DNA of 64,000 nt from Pristiophorus japonicus (lineage: Eukaryota): positions 136,028,001 through 136,092,000 of the forward strand of contig NC_091991.1 of NCBI RefSeq assembly GCF_044704955.1, written 5' to 3'. A model generated the notes under the pieces. The model made no database searches and was not told where the DNA came from. It saw only the letters and a list, made by a program, of their open reading frames with translations. A program made the position numbers and the translations under genes. Below, one piece after another: positions 50,925 to 63,800 of this stretch. Position 1 is the first letter of the stretch; the number at the start of each line of letters is the position of its first letter.

Positions 50925-53900
50925 CCCAGAACAATACATCACGGAACCAACCCAGGACCGAGCTATTTTAGATCTTATCTTGTATAATTAGACAGAGTTA
51001 ATTAGTAATCTCATTGTAAGGGATCCTCTGGGGAAGAGTGATCATAATATGATATTCATATTGAGTTCAAGAGTGATGCACCTAACTCTGAAACTAGAGT
51101 CCAAACTTAAATCAAGCCAATTATATAGTTATGAAGGGTGAGTTGGCTAAGGTAGATTGGTAAATTAGATTAAAAAGTATGATAGTAGATAAGCAATGGC
51201 GAAAAATTAAATAAATATTTAATAATTCTCAACAAATATATATTTCATTGAGAAATAAAAACTCCACAGGAAAAGTGATCCATCCGTGGCTAACCAAAGA
51301 GGTTAAAGATAGTATTAGATTAAAAGAACAGGCATATAATTTTGCCAAGAAGAGTAGTAAGCCCGAGGATTGGGAGAGTTTTAGAAACCAGCAAATTATG
51401 GCTAAAAATTGATAGAAGGAGAAAATAGAATATGAGAGTATACTAGCAAGCAATATAACACAGATTATAAGAGATTCTACAAGTATGTAAAAAGGAGAAG
51501 AGTAGCAAAAGTAAACGTGGTCCCTTAGAGGCTGAGACAACAGAAATTATAATGGGGAATAGGAAATGGCAGAGATGTTAAACAAATATTTTGTATACAT
51601 ATTCACAGTGGAAGACACAAAAAACATATCAGAAATAATAAGAGTGAGGAACTTAAATTCATTAATATTAGAAAAGCAAAAGTGCTGGAGAAATTAAATT
51701 CTCTGAACCTGATGAACCTGATGACCTACATCCCTGGTTCGAAAAGATGTGGCTGCAGAGATACTGGTTACATTGGTTGTGATCCTCCAAAATTCTCTAT
51801 ATTCTAGAATAGTCCCAGTGGATTGGAAGATAGAATATTTAACACCACCATTTAAGACAGGAGGGAGAGAAAACCGGGAATGATAGGCCAGTTAGCCTGA
51901 TATCAGTCGTCGTGAAAATGCTGGAATCTATTACTAGGAAGTGGTAACAGGGCACTTAGAAAATCATAATATGATTAGTCAGAGTCAACATGGTTTTATG
52001 AAAGGGAAATCACGTTTGAAAAATCTGTTAGAGTTTTTTGAGCATGGAACCAGCAGGGTAGATAAAGGGGAACCAGTGTATGTAGAATATTTAGACTTTC
52101 AAAAGGCATTCGATAAGGTGACATATAAAAGGTTTCTATGCATGATAAGGGCTCATGGGCTTGGGGACAATATATGTTAGCAAGGATAGAAGATTGGTTA
52201 ATGGACAGAAAACAAAGAGTAGGAATAAATGGGTCATTTTCAGGTTGGCAGGCTGTTACTAATGAGGTGCTGCAAGAATGTCTTAGATGAAGGGACCAAG
52301 TGCAATGTTGATGATACAAAGCTAGGTGGGAAAGTACGCTGTGAGGAGGGCACAAAGAGTCTGCAAAGAGATATAGACAGGTTTAGTGAGGGCAAGAAGG
52401 TGGCAGATGGAGTATAATGTGGGGAAATGTGAAGTTATTTACTTTGGTAGGAAGAATAGAAAAACAGAATAATTTATTAATAATGCAAAACTATTAAATG
52501 TTGGCATTCAAAGGGACCTGGGTGTCCTTGTACACGAAACACAGGAAGTTAACATGCAGGTATAGCAAGCAATGAGGAAGGCACATGATATACTCCCCTT
52601 TATTGCAAGGGGGTTGGAGTACAAGAGTAAGGAAGTCTTGTTGCGATTTTACAAGGCTTTAGTCAGACCACATCTGGAGTACTGAGCACAGTTTTGATCT
52701 CTGTACCTAAGGAAGGAAAAATTTGCCTTCGAGGTGGTGCAACAAAGGTTCACTAGATTGATTCCTGGGATGGGAGGGTTGTCTTATGAGGAGAGATTGA
52801 GTAGAATGGGCTTATACTATCTGGAGTTTAGAAGAATGAGAGGTAATCTCCTTGAAACATAGACGATTTTGAGAGGGCTCGATAGTGTAGATGCTGAGAG
52901 GCAGCAGGGCCCAAATTCAGGCCTGCCAGAAATCTGGCCTACTTACTGTTTTTTTAAGTGCTTTTCCCGCCGTCTCAGAAGAGGTTGACTCTTGATCGAT
53001 ATTCAGGTCTTTGTCTTTTTTTTCTCGAGCCGATCGGAAGTCGGTCATAATGGGAGCGGAAGTGAGGCGGTAAGTGCTGGTGAGGGGCGGAAATGGGGGC
53101 GGGACAGATTCTCCGCCGCTGTCACTCAGCAGCGGAGTGGTGGTGATGTCATTACGTGTCTGTGTCACCACGTATCTCCCCTCCTTTTAAAGGGGAAAGG
53201 ATCGGTGAATCTTTAGGATCGGCCACTGATCCACCAGAGAGGGTTTCGGCCGGGCCGGTGGCCTGACATGCAAGAGGGGGTGCCGGGCTGCCTGTTGGTG
53301 GGCCGGCCAAACCAAGGGGCACTATAGTGCGGCCGACATAGAGTTGGCTGGCAGAAAAAATAAAGCAGTGATGGCATTGGGCCTTTAATGGCCGCTGCAC
53401 AGCCAGGGCTCACAAAGGGAATGAAAGTTGCACTGACAGAAAAAGCTGTCAGGGGCACTGCCCAGCAGGCATTAGATTTTTTGGCCTGAATATTGACGGA
53501 GGTGGGGGTCCCGGCGGCACGCCCACTGACGACACACTTACGGCCGCTCGGCAGTGGCGGGGGGAAGTGAAGACCGCCAGAACCGCCCCCCCCCCCCCCC
53601 GCTGCTGAATTTGGCTGGTGGTGGCCATTCGACCAGAAATCGGCAGTCATTGGATTCCGCCGCCAGGCCGCTGCATTCTGATGGTAACGGGTCTTGTCGG
53701 GACCCTAAATTTCAGCCCCGCTGTTTCCGCTGGCTGGAGAGTTTAGAACTAGGGGCATAGTCTTCGGATAAGGGGTTGGTCATTTAGGACTGAGATGAGA
53801 AAGATATTCTTCACTCAGACGGTTGTGAATCATTGGAATTCTTTACCCCAGAGGGATGTGGATGCTCAGTCATTGAGTATATTCAAGGCTGATATCGATA

Positions 53901-54035
53901 GATTTTTGGATTCTAAGGGAATCTAGGGATATGGGAATCAGGCAGGAAAGTGGAGTTGAGGTCGAATATCAGCCTTGATTTATTGAATCGAGGAGCTGTA
54001 TGGCCTACTCCTGTTCCTATTTCTTATGTTCTTAA
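50925..54035 (+). mobile_element. Older CR1 LINE (partial endonuclease, RT and 3'UTR), interrupted by a MITE
   Basis: SQHGFMKGKS.L.NLLEFF...VDKGEPV.V.YLDFQKAFDKV; 3' end CCTACTCCTGTTCCTATTTCTTATGTTCTT; many stops. Confidence 0.92.
52907..53719. mobile_element. Harbinger-type MITE inserted in the CR1
   Basis: Splits the CR1 sequence GATGCTGAGAGG|CTGTTTCC; termini GGGCCCAAATT and AATTTCAGCCCC. Confidence 0.8.
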
Positions 54036-55622
54036 ATTATTGTCAATTTTCTTTGGACAAGAAACAAAATTGAATTATCAAGAATAGAATGTAATGGATA
54101 ATTCAGGGTAACTGATGAGTGTGTCCTTGAACTAGCAGCTGTATTGATGAACTGATAAGTATGCATGCCAAAAACCCACATCTGACCGTTTCCATCGATT
54201 ATTTTCTATAATATATTACTGATTAGATTTATTTTCTTATCACATTTTTTAATGCAAGTATGTCATAAATATCGGGGCCATTGTCTTTCAAGTTTAGAGA
54301 AAACTGTTAATAATATGGCTAGTTACTTTCTGTGAGAGTAGTTTCAAGGTTATAAATAAGTGCAGCATCAAAACACGTGACACAACCCTTCTGGGCAGAA
54401 ATAACATGAAACACAATCTGAAGATTATTATACCACCAACTCATTCCATCTTTAAATGCCATCGCGTCATGAAGAATTGCAGAAGATCGGCCTTCCTGTT
54501 GAACGATGTTAAGACTTGTTGAGGTGGCTCTGATGTCTGTCCTTATTTAGTGGAACAACGTCCTTTGGAGTTTAAGTGCTTTGATATACAAAGTAGTGAA
54601 ATTGAACTTTGACTTTTTTAAAACAGAGTACAAATATGTTCATTCAGTCCTTCAAGAGCTTGCAATTAGTTGTTTCGATACTAAGCATTTGACAGAAGGA
54701 TTTCTATTGATCTGTTTTTAAAAATAATTTGTAAGCTGTTAAGTCTCATGAATTGCCTGTAGAGACTAATGTTGAATCACTGCTGGATTTTGTAGTCAAA
54801 GAAAACAAAAGTGATAATAATTATGGCTTTTTCTGGTCATTTGGCTCAGTTTAAGGATGCATCTTTTCCCTAGCTCTATACTGCTCAGCAATAATGCTGA
54901 GATATGGTATTGTCAGCAGTGAAACTTGGGATTGGATTGTAATGATCTCAATATGCAGCAATCCCTAAAACTAACTGTTCAGAAACCAGAAATGAAACAT
55001 TATTCTCATTTTCCAACCTATTTAACTATTTCCTTTCAAAGCCAGTGAACAGAGTATTCTCTTTGATACACATTAAAATGATTTGCTTACGTTATTAAAG
55101 GCAAACAGGTTATCAAAAGAAGAAAGATGGGTCCATGTACAGTGATGCAGGGTTCTAGGACATATTCAACGTTTTCTCCTGTCTTCCACCTGGATAATTC
55201 TGGCAGGCCACCTCATGGGCTTCTCTTCTGATTTTCAGCTTAAGTGACCTCAAAGCAGATCTCAGAACGTTAGAGCTAGTTCATGGACATTCCAGGCTTT
55301 CCTTGCAATTCACATCAAGAATAAGGAACAGCTAAAGGTTCCAATTTAAAAATGTTGACAGTTTCTTCAAATGTTTCCAGAATCATCTTTTATCTGTATA
55401 CAAAAGAGAAACTTGCTTAAGAGTGCATTGAGTTCTTTTGGAGCTCCCTTCTTTTGTTGAAGAAAACCATTGCAAAGCTTGAGCTTGTTTCAGTTGTAAA
55501 CACATTTTTGCTCAATGTATTGAAGTGGGAAAGAGCTTTTCATACAGTTCAAAATGGGTACACATTTTGACTTTGCCATAAAAGATGGTAGGATGCCAAA
55601 ATTGCTGCTTTCAAAATTTATA

Positions 55623-56090
55623 GGGGCCGAAATTCATCACTTCACCACCCACTGCCGCTGACATTGCCCTTCTTGATCTGCCCAGTGCCACTTTGGAGGT
55701 GGCCTGGAGCGGGCGGGGAGGGGAGAGCCACCGGGAACCGCCCGCTGACGTCAGCGGACGGCCGAGTGGCACAACTGACCTCCCGTCCGCTGAGCTCCCA
55801 GATTCCTGCGGGCGGGAGTCGGTGGGACTCGGCGGCAGAACGGGGGTGGCCCGCTGGCTGGAGGCCGGTCTGTCCCCGACGGTGAGTATGAAGAACCTGA
55901 AAAAAAGGTAAGTGAACATTTTTTTTACATTTCCAAAGCGACTTACCTGCGTGGGGTCCTCTGGAGGTCTTCCGATCATTTTTTTATTTTTTATTGCTGC
56001 ATTTTTTTTCCAGCACTTCGACCCTCCGTGGGCCCGACTCCATCCTCGGCGGCACTTGGGAGGGTGGAGGACTTGATGAAAATCGGCCCC
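55623..56090. mobile_element. Harbinger-type MITE (468 bp) with 17-bp TIRs
   Basis: GGGGCCGAAATTCATCA and TGATGAAAATCGGCCCC (2 mismatches); flanks ATA/ACA are compatible with a 3-bp TSD. Confidence 0.85.
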
Positions 56091-56297
56091 ACAAGTCCCA
56101 CAGTTTAAATGTGTTGTAAAATCTTTGTTATTCATTCAACTTTAATATGTTATTGAGATAATTTCAGCAAGCATCACTTTAAAATACAGCATGGTAACAG
56201 ATAGTGAATTTGAATCCAGGTTTCAGTGTTCCAACCCATGAGGTGATCTCAGCTAAACAGGTCCTCCCTGTGTGGAAGTTTAGCTTGATAAGACCTT

Positions 56298-56600
56298 AAG
56301 AACATAAGAAATAGGAGCAGGAGTAGGCCATTTGGCGCCTCGGGCCTGCTCCGCTATTCAATAAGATCATGGAAGATCTGATCCTGGCCTCAACTCCACT
56401 TCGCTGCCCGCTCCCCATAACCCTTGCCTCCTTTATCTTTCAAAAATCTGTCTATCTCCACCTTAAATACATTCAATGACCCAGCCTCCACAACTCTCTG
56501 AGGTAGAGAATTCCAAAGATTCACGACCCTCTGAGAAAAGAAATTAATCCTCATTTCTGTTTTAAATGGGCGGCCCCTTATTCTGAAACTATGCCCCCTG
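56298..56600 (-). mobile_element. CR1 LINE 3' end (AACATAAG-tail subfamily)
   Basis: RGHSFRIRGRPFKTEMR.NFFSQRVVNLWNSLPQ. Confidence 0.92.
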
Positions 56601-56602
56601 GA

Positions 56603-57899
56603 GAAACATAGAAACATAGAAGATAGGGGTAGGAGTAGGCCATTCGGCCCTTCTAGCCTGCACCGCTATTCAATGAGTTCATGGCTGAACATGCAACTTC
56701 AGTACCCCATTCCTGCTTTCTCACCATACCCCTTGATCCCCCTAGTAGTAAGGACTTCATCGAACTCCTTTTTGAATATATTTAGTGAACTGGCCTCAAC
56801 AACTTTCTGTGGTAGAGAATTCCACAGGTTCACCACTCTCTGGGTGAAGAAATTCCTCCTCATCTCGGTCCTAAATGGCTTACCCCTTATCCTTAGACTG
56901 TGTTCCCTGGTTCTGGACTTCCCCAACATTGGGAACATTCTTCCTGCATCTAACCTGTCTAACCCCGTCAGAATTTTAAACGTTTCTATGAGGTCCCCTC
57001 TCATTCTTCTGAACTCCAGTGAATACAAGCCCAGTTGATCCAGTCTTTCTTGATAGGTCAGTCCCGCCATCCCGGGAATCAGTCTGGTGAACCTTCGCTG
57101 CACTCCCTCAATAGCAAGAATGTCCTTCCTCAGGTTAGGAGACCAAAACTGTACACAATACTCCAGGTGTGGCCTCACCAATGCCCTGTACAACTGTAGC
57201 AACACCTCTCTGCCCCTGTATTCAAATCCCCTTGCTATGAAGGCCAACATGCCATTTGCTTTCTTAACCGCCTGTTGTACCTGCATGCCAACCTTCAATG
57301 ACTGATGTACCATGACACCCATGTCTCTTTGCACCTCCCCTTTTCCTAATCTGTCACCATTCAGATAATAGTCTGTCTCTCTGTTTTTACCACCAAAGTG
57401 GATAACCTCACATTTATCCACATTATACTTCATCTGCCATGCATTTGCCAACTCACCTAGCCTATCCAAGTCGCTCTGCAGCCTCATAACATCCTCCTGG
57501 CAGCTCACACTGCCACCCAACTTAGTGTCATCCGCAAATTTGGAGATACTAGATTTAATCCCCTCGTCTAAATCATTAATGTACAGTGTAAACAGCTGAG
57601 GCCCCAGCACAGAACCTTGCGGTACCCCACTAGTCACTGCCTGCCATTCTGAAAAGTCCCCATTTACTCCTACTCTTTGCTTCCTGTCTGACAACCAGTT
57701 CTCAATCCATGTCAGCACACTACCCCCAATCCCATGTGCTTTAACTTTGCACATTAATCTCTTGTGTGGGACCTTGTCGAAAGCCTTCTGGAAGTCCAAA
57801 TATACCACATCAACTGGTTCTCCCTTGTCCACTCTACTGGAAACATCCTCAAAAAATTCCAGAAGATTTGTCAAGCATGATTTCCCTTTCACAAATCCA
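56603..57899 (-). mobile_element. Young CR1 LINE, 5'-truncated
   Basis: Near-identical to 45284-46590; open RT frame from GFVKGKSCLTNL to the C-terminus. Confidence 0.96.
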
Positions 57900-60038
57900 A
57901 ATGTTGCTACGTAATGGTGACGACTGGATTTGGGGCAAATCTCAAGACACAGCCTTTGAGAAGGCCAGGAACCTGCTATGTTCAAATAAGTTACTTGTAC
58001 ACTATGACCCATGTAAACGTTTAGTGCTAGCTTGTGACGCCTCAATGTATGGGGTCGGCTGTATGTTACGGCAAGCCAATGTATCGGGCAACTTCCAACC
58101 GGTTGCATATGCGTCTAGAAGTCTGTCTAAGGCTGAGAGGGCCTATAATATGGTCGAGAAAGAGGCGTTAGCATGTGTATATGGGATAAAAAAAATGCAC
58201 CAATACCTATTTGGACTTCTATTTGAGCTTGAAACTGACCACAAACCACTCATTTTGCTGTTTTCAGAGAGCAAATGTATAAACACCAATGCTTCGTCCT
58301 GCATCCAAAAGTGGGCACTAACATTATCCACTTATCCGCCACAGACCAGGCACTGAAAACTGCGCTGATGCTCTCAGCCGGTTGCCATTACCCAACACCG
58401 GGATTCAAATGGTGCAGCCCGAAGACTTGCTACTGCTCATGGATGCTTTTGAGAGTGAGGGGTCACCTGTCATGGCTCGCCGGATCAGGACCTGGACCAG
58501 TCAGGATCCTGTGCTATCATTAGTAAAGAGTTGCATCCTAAATGGGAACTGGTCAGGTGTTCCCAGGGAAATGCAAGATGAAATTAAGCCGTTTCACCGA
58601 TGCAAAGATGAAATGTCCATCCAGTCGGATTGTCTCTTATGGGGTAATCACGTGGTTTTGCCAAAAAAAGGCAGGGAAACATTTATACGCAACCTTCATA
58701 GTACCTACCCAGGCATTGTCATGATGAAGGCAATTGCCAGGTCGCATGTTTGGTGGCCCGGCATTGACTCGGACTTGGAGCCATGCGTGCATCAGTGTGA
58801 CACTTGCTCGCAACTGAGCAATGCACCAAGGGAGGCTCCACTGAGTCTTTGGTCATGGCCCTCCAAACCATGGTTCAGGGTCCACGTAGGTTTTGTCGGC
58901 CCCTTTCTAGGAAATATGTTTTTAGTAGTAGTGGACGCCTACTCCAAATGGATTGAATGCGTAATCATGTCATCCAGCACGTCCACAGCCACCATTGAAA
59001 GCCTCCGGGCCATGTTCGCCACCCATGGCTTGCCCGACATCCTGGTCAGCGACAATGGACCGTGTTTCACCAGCTCAGAATTCAACGAGTTTATGACCCG
59101 CAATGGCAACAAGCATGTCAGGTCTGCTCCGTTTAAATGTGCGTCTAACGGTCAAGGGGAGCAGGCAGTCCAAACAATCAAGCAGAGCATGAAACGTGTG
59201 ACGGACGGCTTCCTGCAGACCCGCTTGTCTCGCATTCTGCTCAGTTACCGGACGCGACCCCACTCGCTCACTGGGGTTCCCCCGACAGAATTGTTAATGA
59301 AAGGAGACCAGGCTCTCCCTAGTCCATCTGGATCTCAATGATCACATGGAAACCCGGTGACACCGGCGGAAGATGTACCACGATCGTGCGGCTGTTTCAC
59401 GTGACATTGATAACGACCCTGTGTTTGTCCTGAATTACAGTCTGTCCTGAATTACGGTCATGGTCCCAAGTGTGTTGCAGACACTGTTTTGGCCAAGGAA
59501 GGGAATAGGGTGTTTAATGGCCAAACATGCAGAAAGCATTTAGATCAGAACAAATTGCGATTTACTGACAACCAGGAACGACTTGAAGGGGACATCACCA
59601 TCGACGATCCACCAACACACACCCAACCTGCAATCGACCTCGCTGTCAATCACAAGGATGAACCCACTGTTCCTGACAGTGCTGTCAGACCAGCCACGGT
59701 ACAGTGCAGCAAAGGTCCGACCAACTCACACACGCCAGGGTTTGAACTTAGACGATCAATCAAGGAGCGAAGGGCTCCGGATCGCCTCAACTTATAAATA
59801 ACTTGTAACGAAGACTTTGGGAGGGGGAGTCTTGTTATGTATGTAACTATGTAATACTTGCCACCAGAGGGCGTGACTGTTGGAGTCCTAATGGTCACCT
59901 GCACATACATGCTGGGCTAGTTATAAAAGGTTGGCTGCCATGTTGTTTAGACACTCTGGAGTTGTGATAAAGAAGACTAAGGTCACACTAAGTTTAGCTC
60001 ACAGTACTCAGCCTCATGGAGTTCTTCTATACATAAAA
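57900..60038 (+). mobile_element. Ty3/Gypsy LTR retrotransposon 3' half (RNase H, integrase, PPT, 3' LTR)
   Basis: LACDAS.YGVG...PVAYASRSL..AERAY...EKEALA; integrase H..HPGI..MK.IARSHVWWP..C..C, SDNG, SNGQ.E; C-terminus ERRAPDRLNL; PPT GGGAGGGGGAG. Confidence 0.95.
59833..60038 (+). repeat. 3' LTR of the Gypsy element
   Basis: Starts TGTTATG right after the PPT; TATAAAA at about 59922; right end abuts a CR1. Confidence 0.8.
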
Positions 60039-60600
60039 CCTGGAATACTGCGTACAGTTTTGGTTTCCATATTTACAAAGGGATATACTTGCTTTGGAGG
60101 CAGTTCAGAGAAAGTTCACAAGGTTAATTCCAGAGATGAGGGGGTTGACTTATGAGGAAAGGTTTAGTAGGTTGGGCCTCTACTCATTGGAATTCAGAAG
60201 AATGAGATGTGATCTTATCGAAACGTATAAGATTATGAGGGGGTTTGACAAGGTGGATGCAGGCAGGATGTTTCCACTGATGGGGGAGACTAGAACTAGA
60301 GGGCATAATCTTAGAATAAGTGGGCCACCCATTTAAAACTGAGATGAGGAGAAATTTCTTCTCTGAGGGTTGTGGATCTGTGGAATTCACTGCCTCAGAG
60401 AGCTGTGGAAGCTGGGACATTGAATAAATTTAAGACAGAAATAGACAGTTTCTTGAACGATAAGGGAATACGGGGTTATGGAGAGCGGGCAGGGAAGTGG
60501 ACCTGAGTCCATGATCAGATCAGCCATGATCGTATTAAATGGCGGAGCAGGCTCGAGGGGCTGTATGGCCTTCTCCTGCTCCTATTTCTTATGTTCTTAT
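60039..60600 (+). mobile_element. CR1 LINE 3' fragment between two LTRs
   Basis: EAVQRKFTRLIPEMRGL.YEER.SRLGLYSLEFRRMR.DLIETYKI; TTCTTATGTTCTTAT tail. Confidence 0.94.
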
Positions 60601-60844
60601 TGTAAAGTCCTTACACAATATCACAAATCCACACGAGGCACATTCTATGGACAAGGTTACTCCATGATCTGAACCTTTATTCACAGGACCAAGAAGTGAT
60701 GACCCTGCGTGGGACCTCCCTTTATATACCTGGATGACCGGGTGAGGAGTGTCTCCCACAAGTTCACCCCCTGTGGTCTAGGTGTGCATTTCTTACGTAC
60801 ATACAGTATTGCAGTGTTGTTACATAAAGGTTACGCACATGACA
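60601..60844 (-). repeat. 3' LTR (244 bp, TG...CA) of the second Gypsy element
   Basis: Minus strand begins TGTCATG after the PPT GAGGGGGAGGTGA and ends GACTTTACA; minus-strand TATATAAA and AATAAA present. Confidence 0.85.
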
Positions 60845-63800
60845 TCACCTCCCCCTCAACATCTTATTGGGATCATAGGTTAAGTCTCTCGGGTGGTCTG
60901 CGCTCTCTCGTGGAGCGCCGCTGTTGGGGCTCTGGTTGTTGAGCCTTGGCATGCGTGTCTGTCACCTGTGGTGATTCCGGCCTGTCCGGGCTGACCGCAG
61001 GGACTGTGCATGCTGCTGAATGTTCTTGTTGCTCGTTCACTGGTGGTGGTGTGAATACCATCTCATGATCTTCCTCAGGTTCCTCAGTGTCCATGCTGAA
61101 CCTTTTTTTTACTTGGTCCAGATGCTTACGGCATATCTGCCCATTAAGTTTAACCACTATGACCCTATTCCCCTCTTTGTCTACTACAGTACCTTCAAGC
61201 CATTTGGGCCCCAAAGCGTGATTGAGAACAAATATGGGGTCATCAATTTCGATACATCTCCCCCTTCAGTCATGGCACTTATTTTGGGACTGGCACTTGC
61301 CCTCAACAATGTCGGACAGGACTGGATGAATGAGGGACAGCCGAGTTTTGAGTGTTCGTTTTATGAGTAGTGAGTGCGGTCGGTACCTATAGGCCAGCAG
61401 GAGGCGCGATAGGCCTCATTGAAGGGAGGGTCCTTGAATCCGGAGCATGCCTTGTTTTATGATTTGGACCGCACGTTCTGCCTGGCCATTGGAGGCCGGC
61501 TTGAACGGTGCTGTCCTGACATGGTTAATGCCATTGCCTGACATGAACTCCCAGAATTCGTAGTTTGTGAAACACGGGCCATTATCGCTAACAAGGATGT
61601 CCGGCAAGCCGTGGGTCGCAAAGACCGCGCGCAGACTCTCCACGGTGGTGTATGTCTTGCACGAATTCAAAATGATGCACTCGATCCATTTCAAATACGC
61701 ATCAACCACAATGACAAACATTTTTCCCTTGAACGAGCCTGCGTAGTCTATGTGAATACGTGACCATGGCCTGGTGGGCCAGGGCCACGGGCTGAACGGG
61801 ATCTCCCTGGGAGCATTACTTAGCTGGGCACATGTCGTGCACCTGCGTACACAGTGTTCCAGGGCTGAATCAATTCCCGGCCACCACACATGTGACCGGG
61901 CAATGGCCTTCATCAGCATGATGCCTGGGTGCTCGCTGTGGAGTTCCCTGATGAATGCTTCCCTGCCCCTCTGGGGCATGTCTACCCGGCTGCCCCATAG
62001 TAGGCAGTCGACTTGGATGGAGAGCTCATCCATCCGTCTGTGAAACGGTCTGGCCTCCTCAGGGCATGCTCCGTGTGCGGGCGCCCAATCCCCAGTCAGG
62101 ACTCATTTCTTAATCAAGAATAGGAGGGGATCTCTGTTGGTCCAGATTTTGATCTGGCAGGCTGTGATGGGGGAGCCTGCACTGTCAAAGGCATCGACAG
62201 CCATGACCATCTCAGCGCTTTGCTCCGCTGCCCCCTCAGTGGTGGCCAGTGGAAGCCTGCTGAGCGTGTCAGCGCAATCTTCGGTGCCGGGCCGGTGCCG
62301 GATGGAGTAGTCATACACAGCCAGCGTGAGAGCCCAGCGCTGTATGCGAGCTGACGCATTGGCACTGACGGCCTTGCTGTCTGACAGCAGGGATGTTAAC
62401 GGCTTGTGGTCCGTTTCTAATTCGAACCTCTTGCCAAAAAGGTACTGATGCATCTTTTTCACCCCATAGACACATGCGAGTGCTTCCTTCTCAACCATCC
62501 CATATCCCCGTTCAGCTTGAGAGAGCGACCTGGAGCGACCATAAGCCACAGGTTGTAGTTGGCCCTCAGCGTTACCCTGCTGCAACACGCACCCAACCCC
62601 ATAGGATGATGCATCACATGTCAGAACCAATTTCTTACGGGGGTCGTACAGGGTCAACAACTTATTTGAACAAAGTAGGTTCCGCGCCCGATTGAAAGCC
62701 CGTTCCTGACAGTCCACCCAAAGCCAATCACAACCCTTATGCAGGAGCATGTGAAGCGGCTCCAACAATGTGCTTAAGTTCGGCAGAAAGTTCCCGAAAT
62801 AGTTCAAGAGCCCCAGAAATGAATGCAACTCCGATGTGTTGCAGGGCCTGGGCGCTCGTCGAATCGCCTCTGTTTTGGATTCAGAAGGCCGAATCCCATC
62901 TGCAGCAACCCTCCTGCCCAGAAGCTCGACCTCGGGAGCCAAAAACACACACTTAGACTTCTTGAGTCGCAGGCCTCCCCGGTCCAGTCGGCGTAGCACC
63001 TCCTCCAGGTTGTGGAGGTGTTCCTCAATGTCACGACCAGTGATGAGGATGTCATCCTGAAATACGATTGTTCCAGAAATGGATTTGAGCAGGCTTTCCA
63101 TGTTTCTTTGGCATTCGATCAGCGGCCGTGATTTTTCAAATGGACACTGTTATAAACAAACAGTCCCTTGTGCGTGGTGATGGTGGTCAGTAGTTTAGAT
63201 TCGTCGGCCAGTTCTTGGGTCATGTAGGCTGAAGTGATGTCCAACTTGGTGAACAGCTTGTCGCCTGCCAGCGTGGCAGAAAGGTCCTCTGCTCTCAGGA
63301 GCGGGTATTGGTCTTGTAGGGACACTCAGTTGATAGTGGCCTTGTAGTCGCCACAGATCCTGACCGAGCCATCCGCTTTTAGGACGGGAACGATGGGGCT
63401 TGCCCAGTCGCTGAATTCAACGGGCGAGATGATGCCCTCTCTCAGCAACCGGTCCAACTCGCTCTCAATTTTCTCCCACATCACACACGACACAGCTCTG
63501 GTTTTGTGGTGCACTGGTCTGGCGTCCGGGGTGATGCGTATCACTACTTTGGTACCTTTGAACGTCCCGACGCCAGGTTGAAATAGTGATTCAAATTGCT
63601 GTAGGACCTGTGAGCATGAACTTCGCTCCACAGATGACATGGCATGCACATCCCCCCTTTTCCAGTTCATCTCAGCTAACCAGCTCCTTCCCAACAGTGC
63701 GGTACCATTGCCCGGGACAATCCAGAGCGGCAGCCGGTTCAATGATCCATTGTGTGTGACCGCCAACATTGCACTGCCTAGCACTGGAATGATTTCTTTG

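Noticed and set aside
56699-58108. 469-aa ORF as a novel chimeric RT gene
   Set aside because: The N-terminal part of about 70 aa is the antisense read-through of Gypsy RNase H across the CR1 truncation point, so it is a chance open frame.
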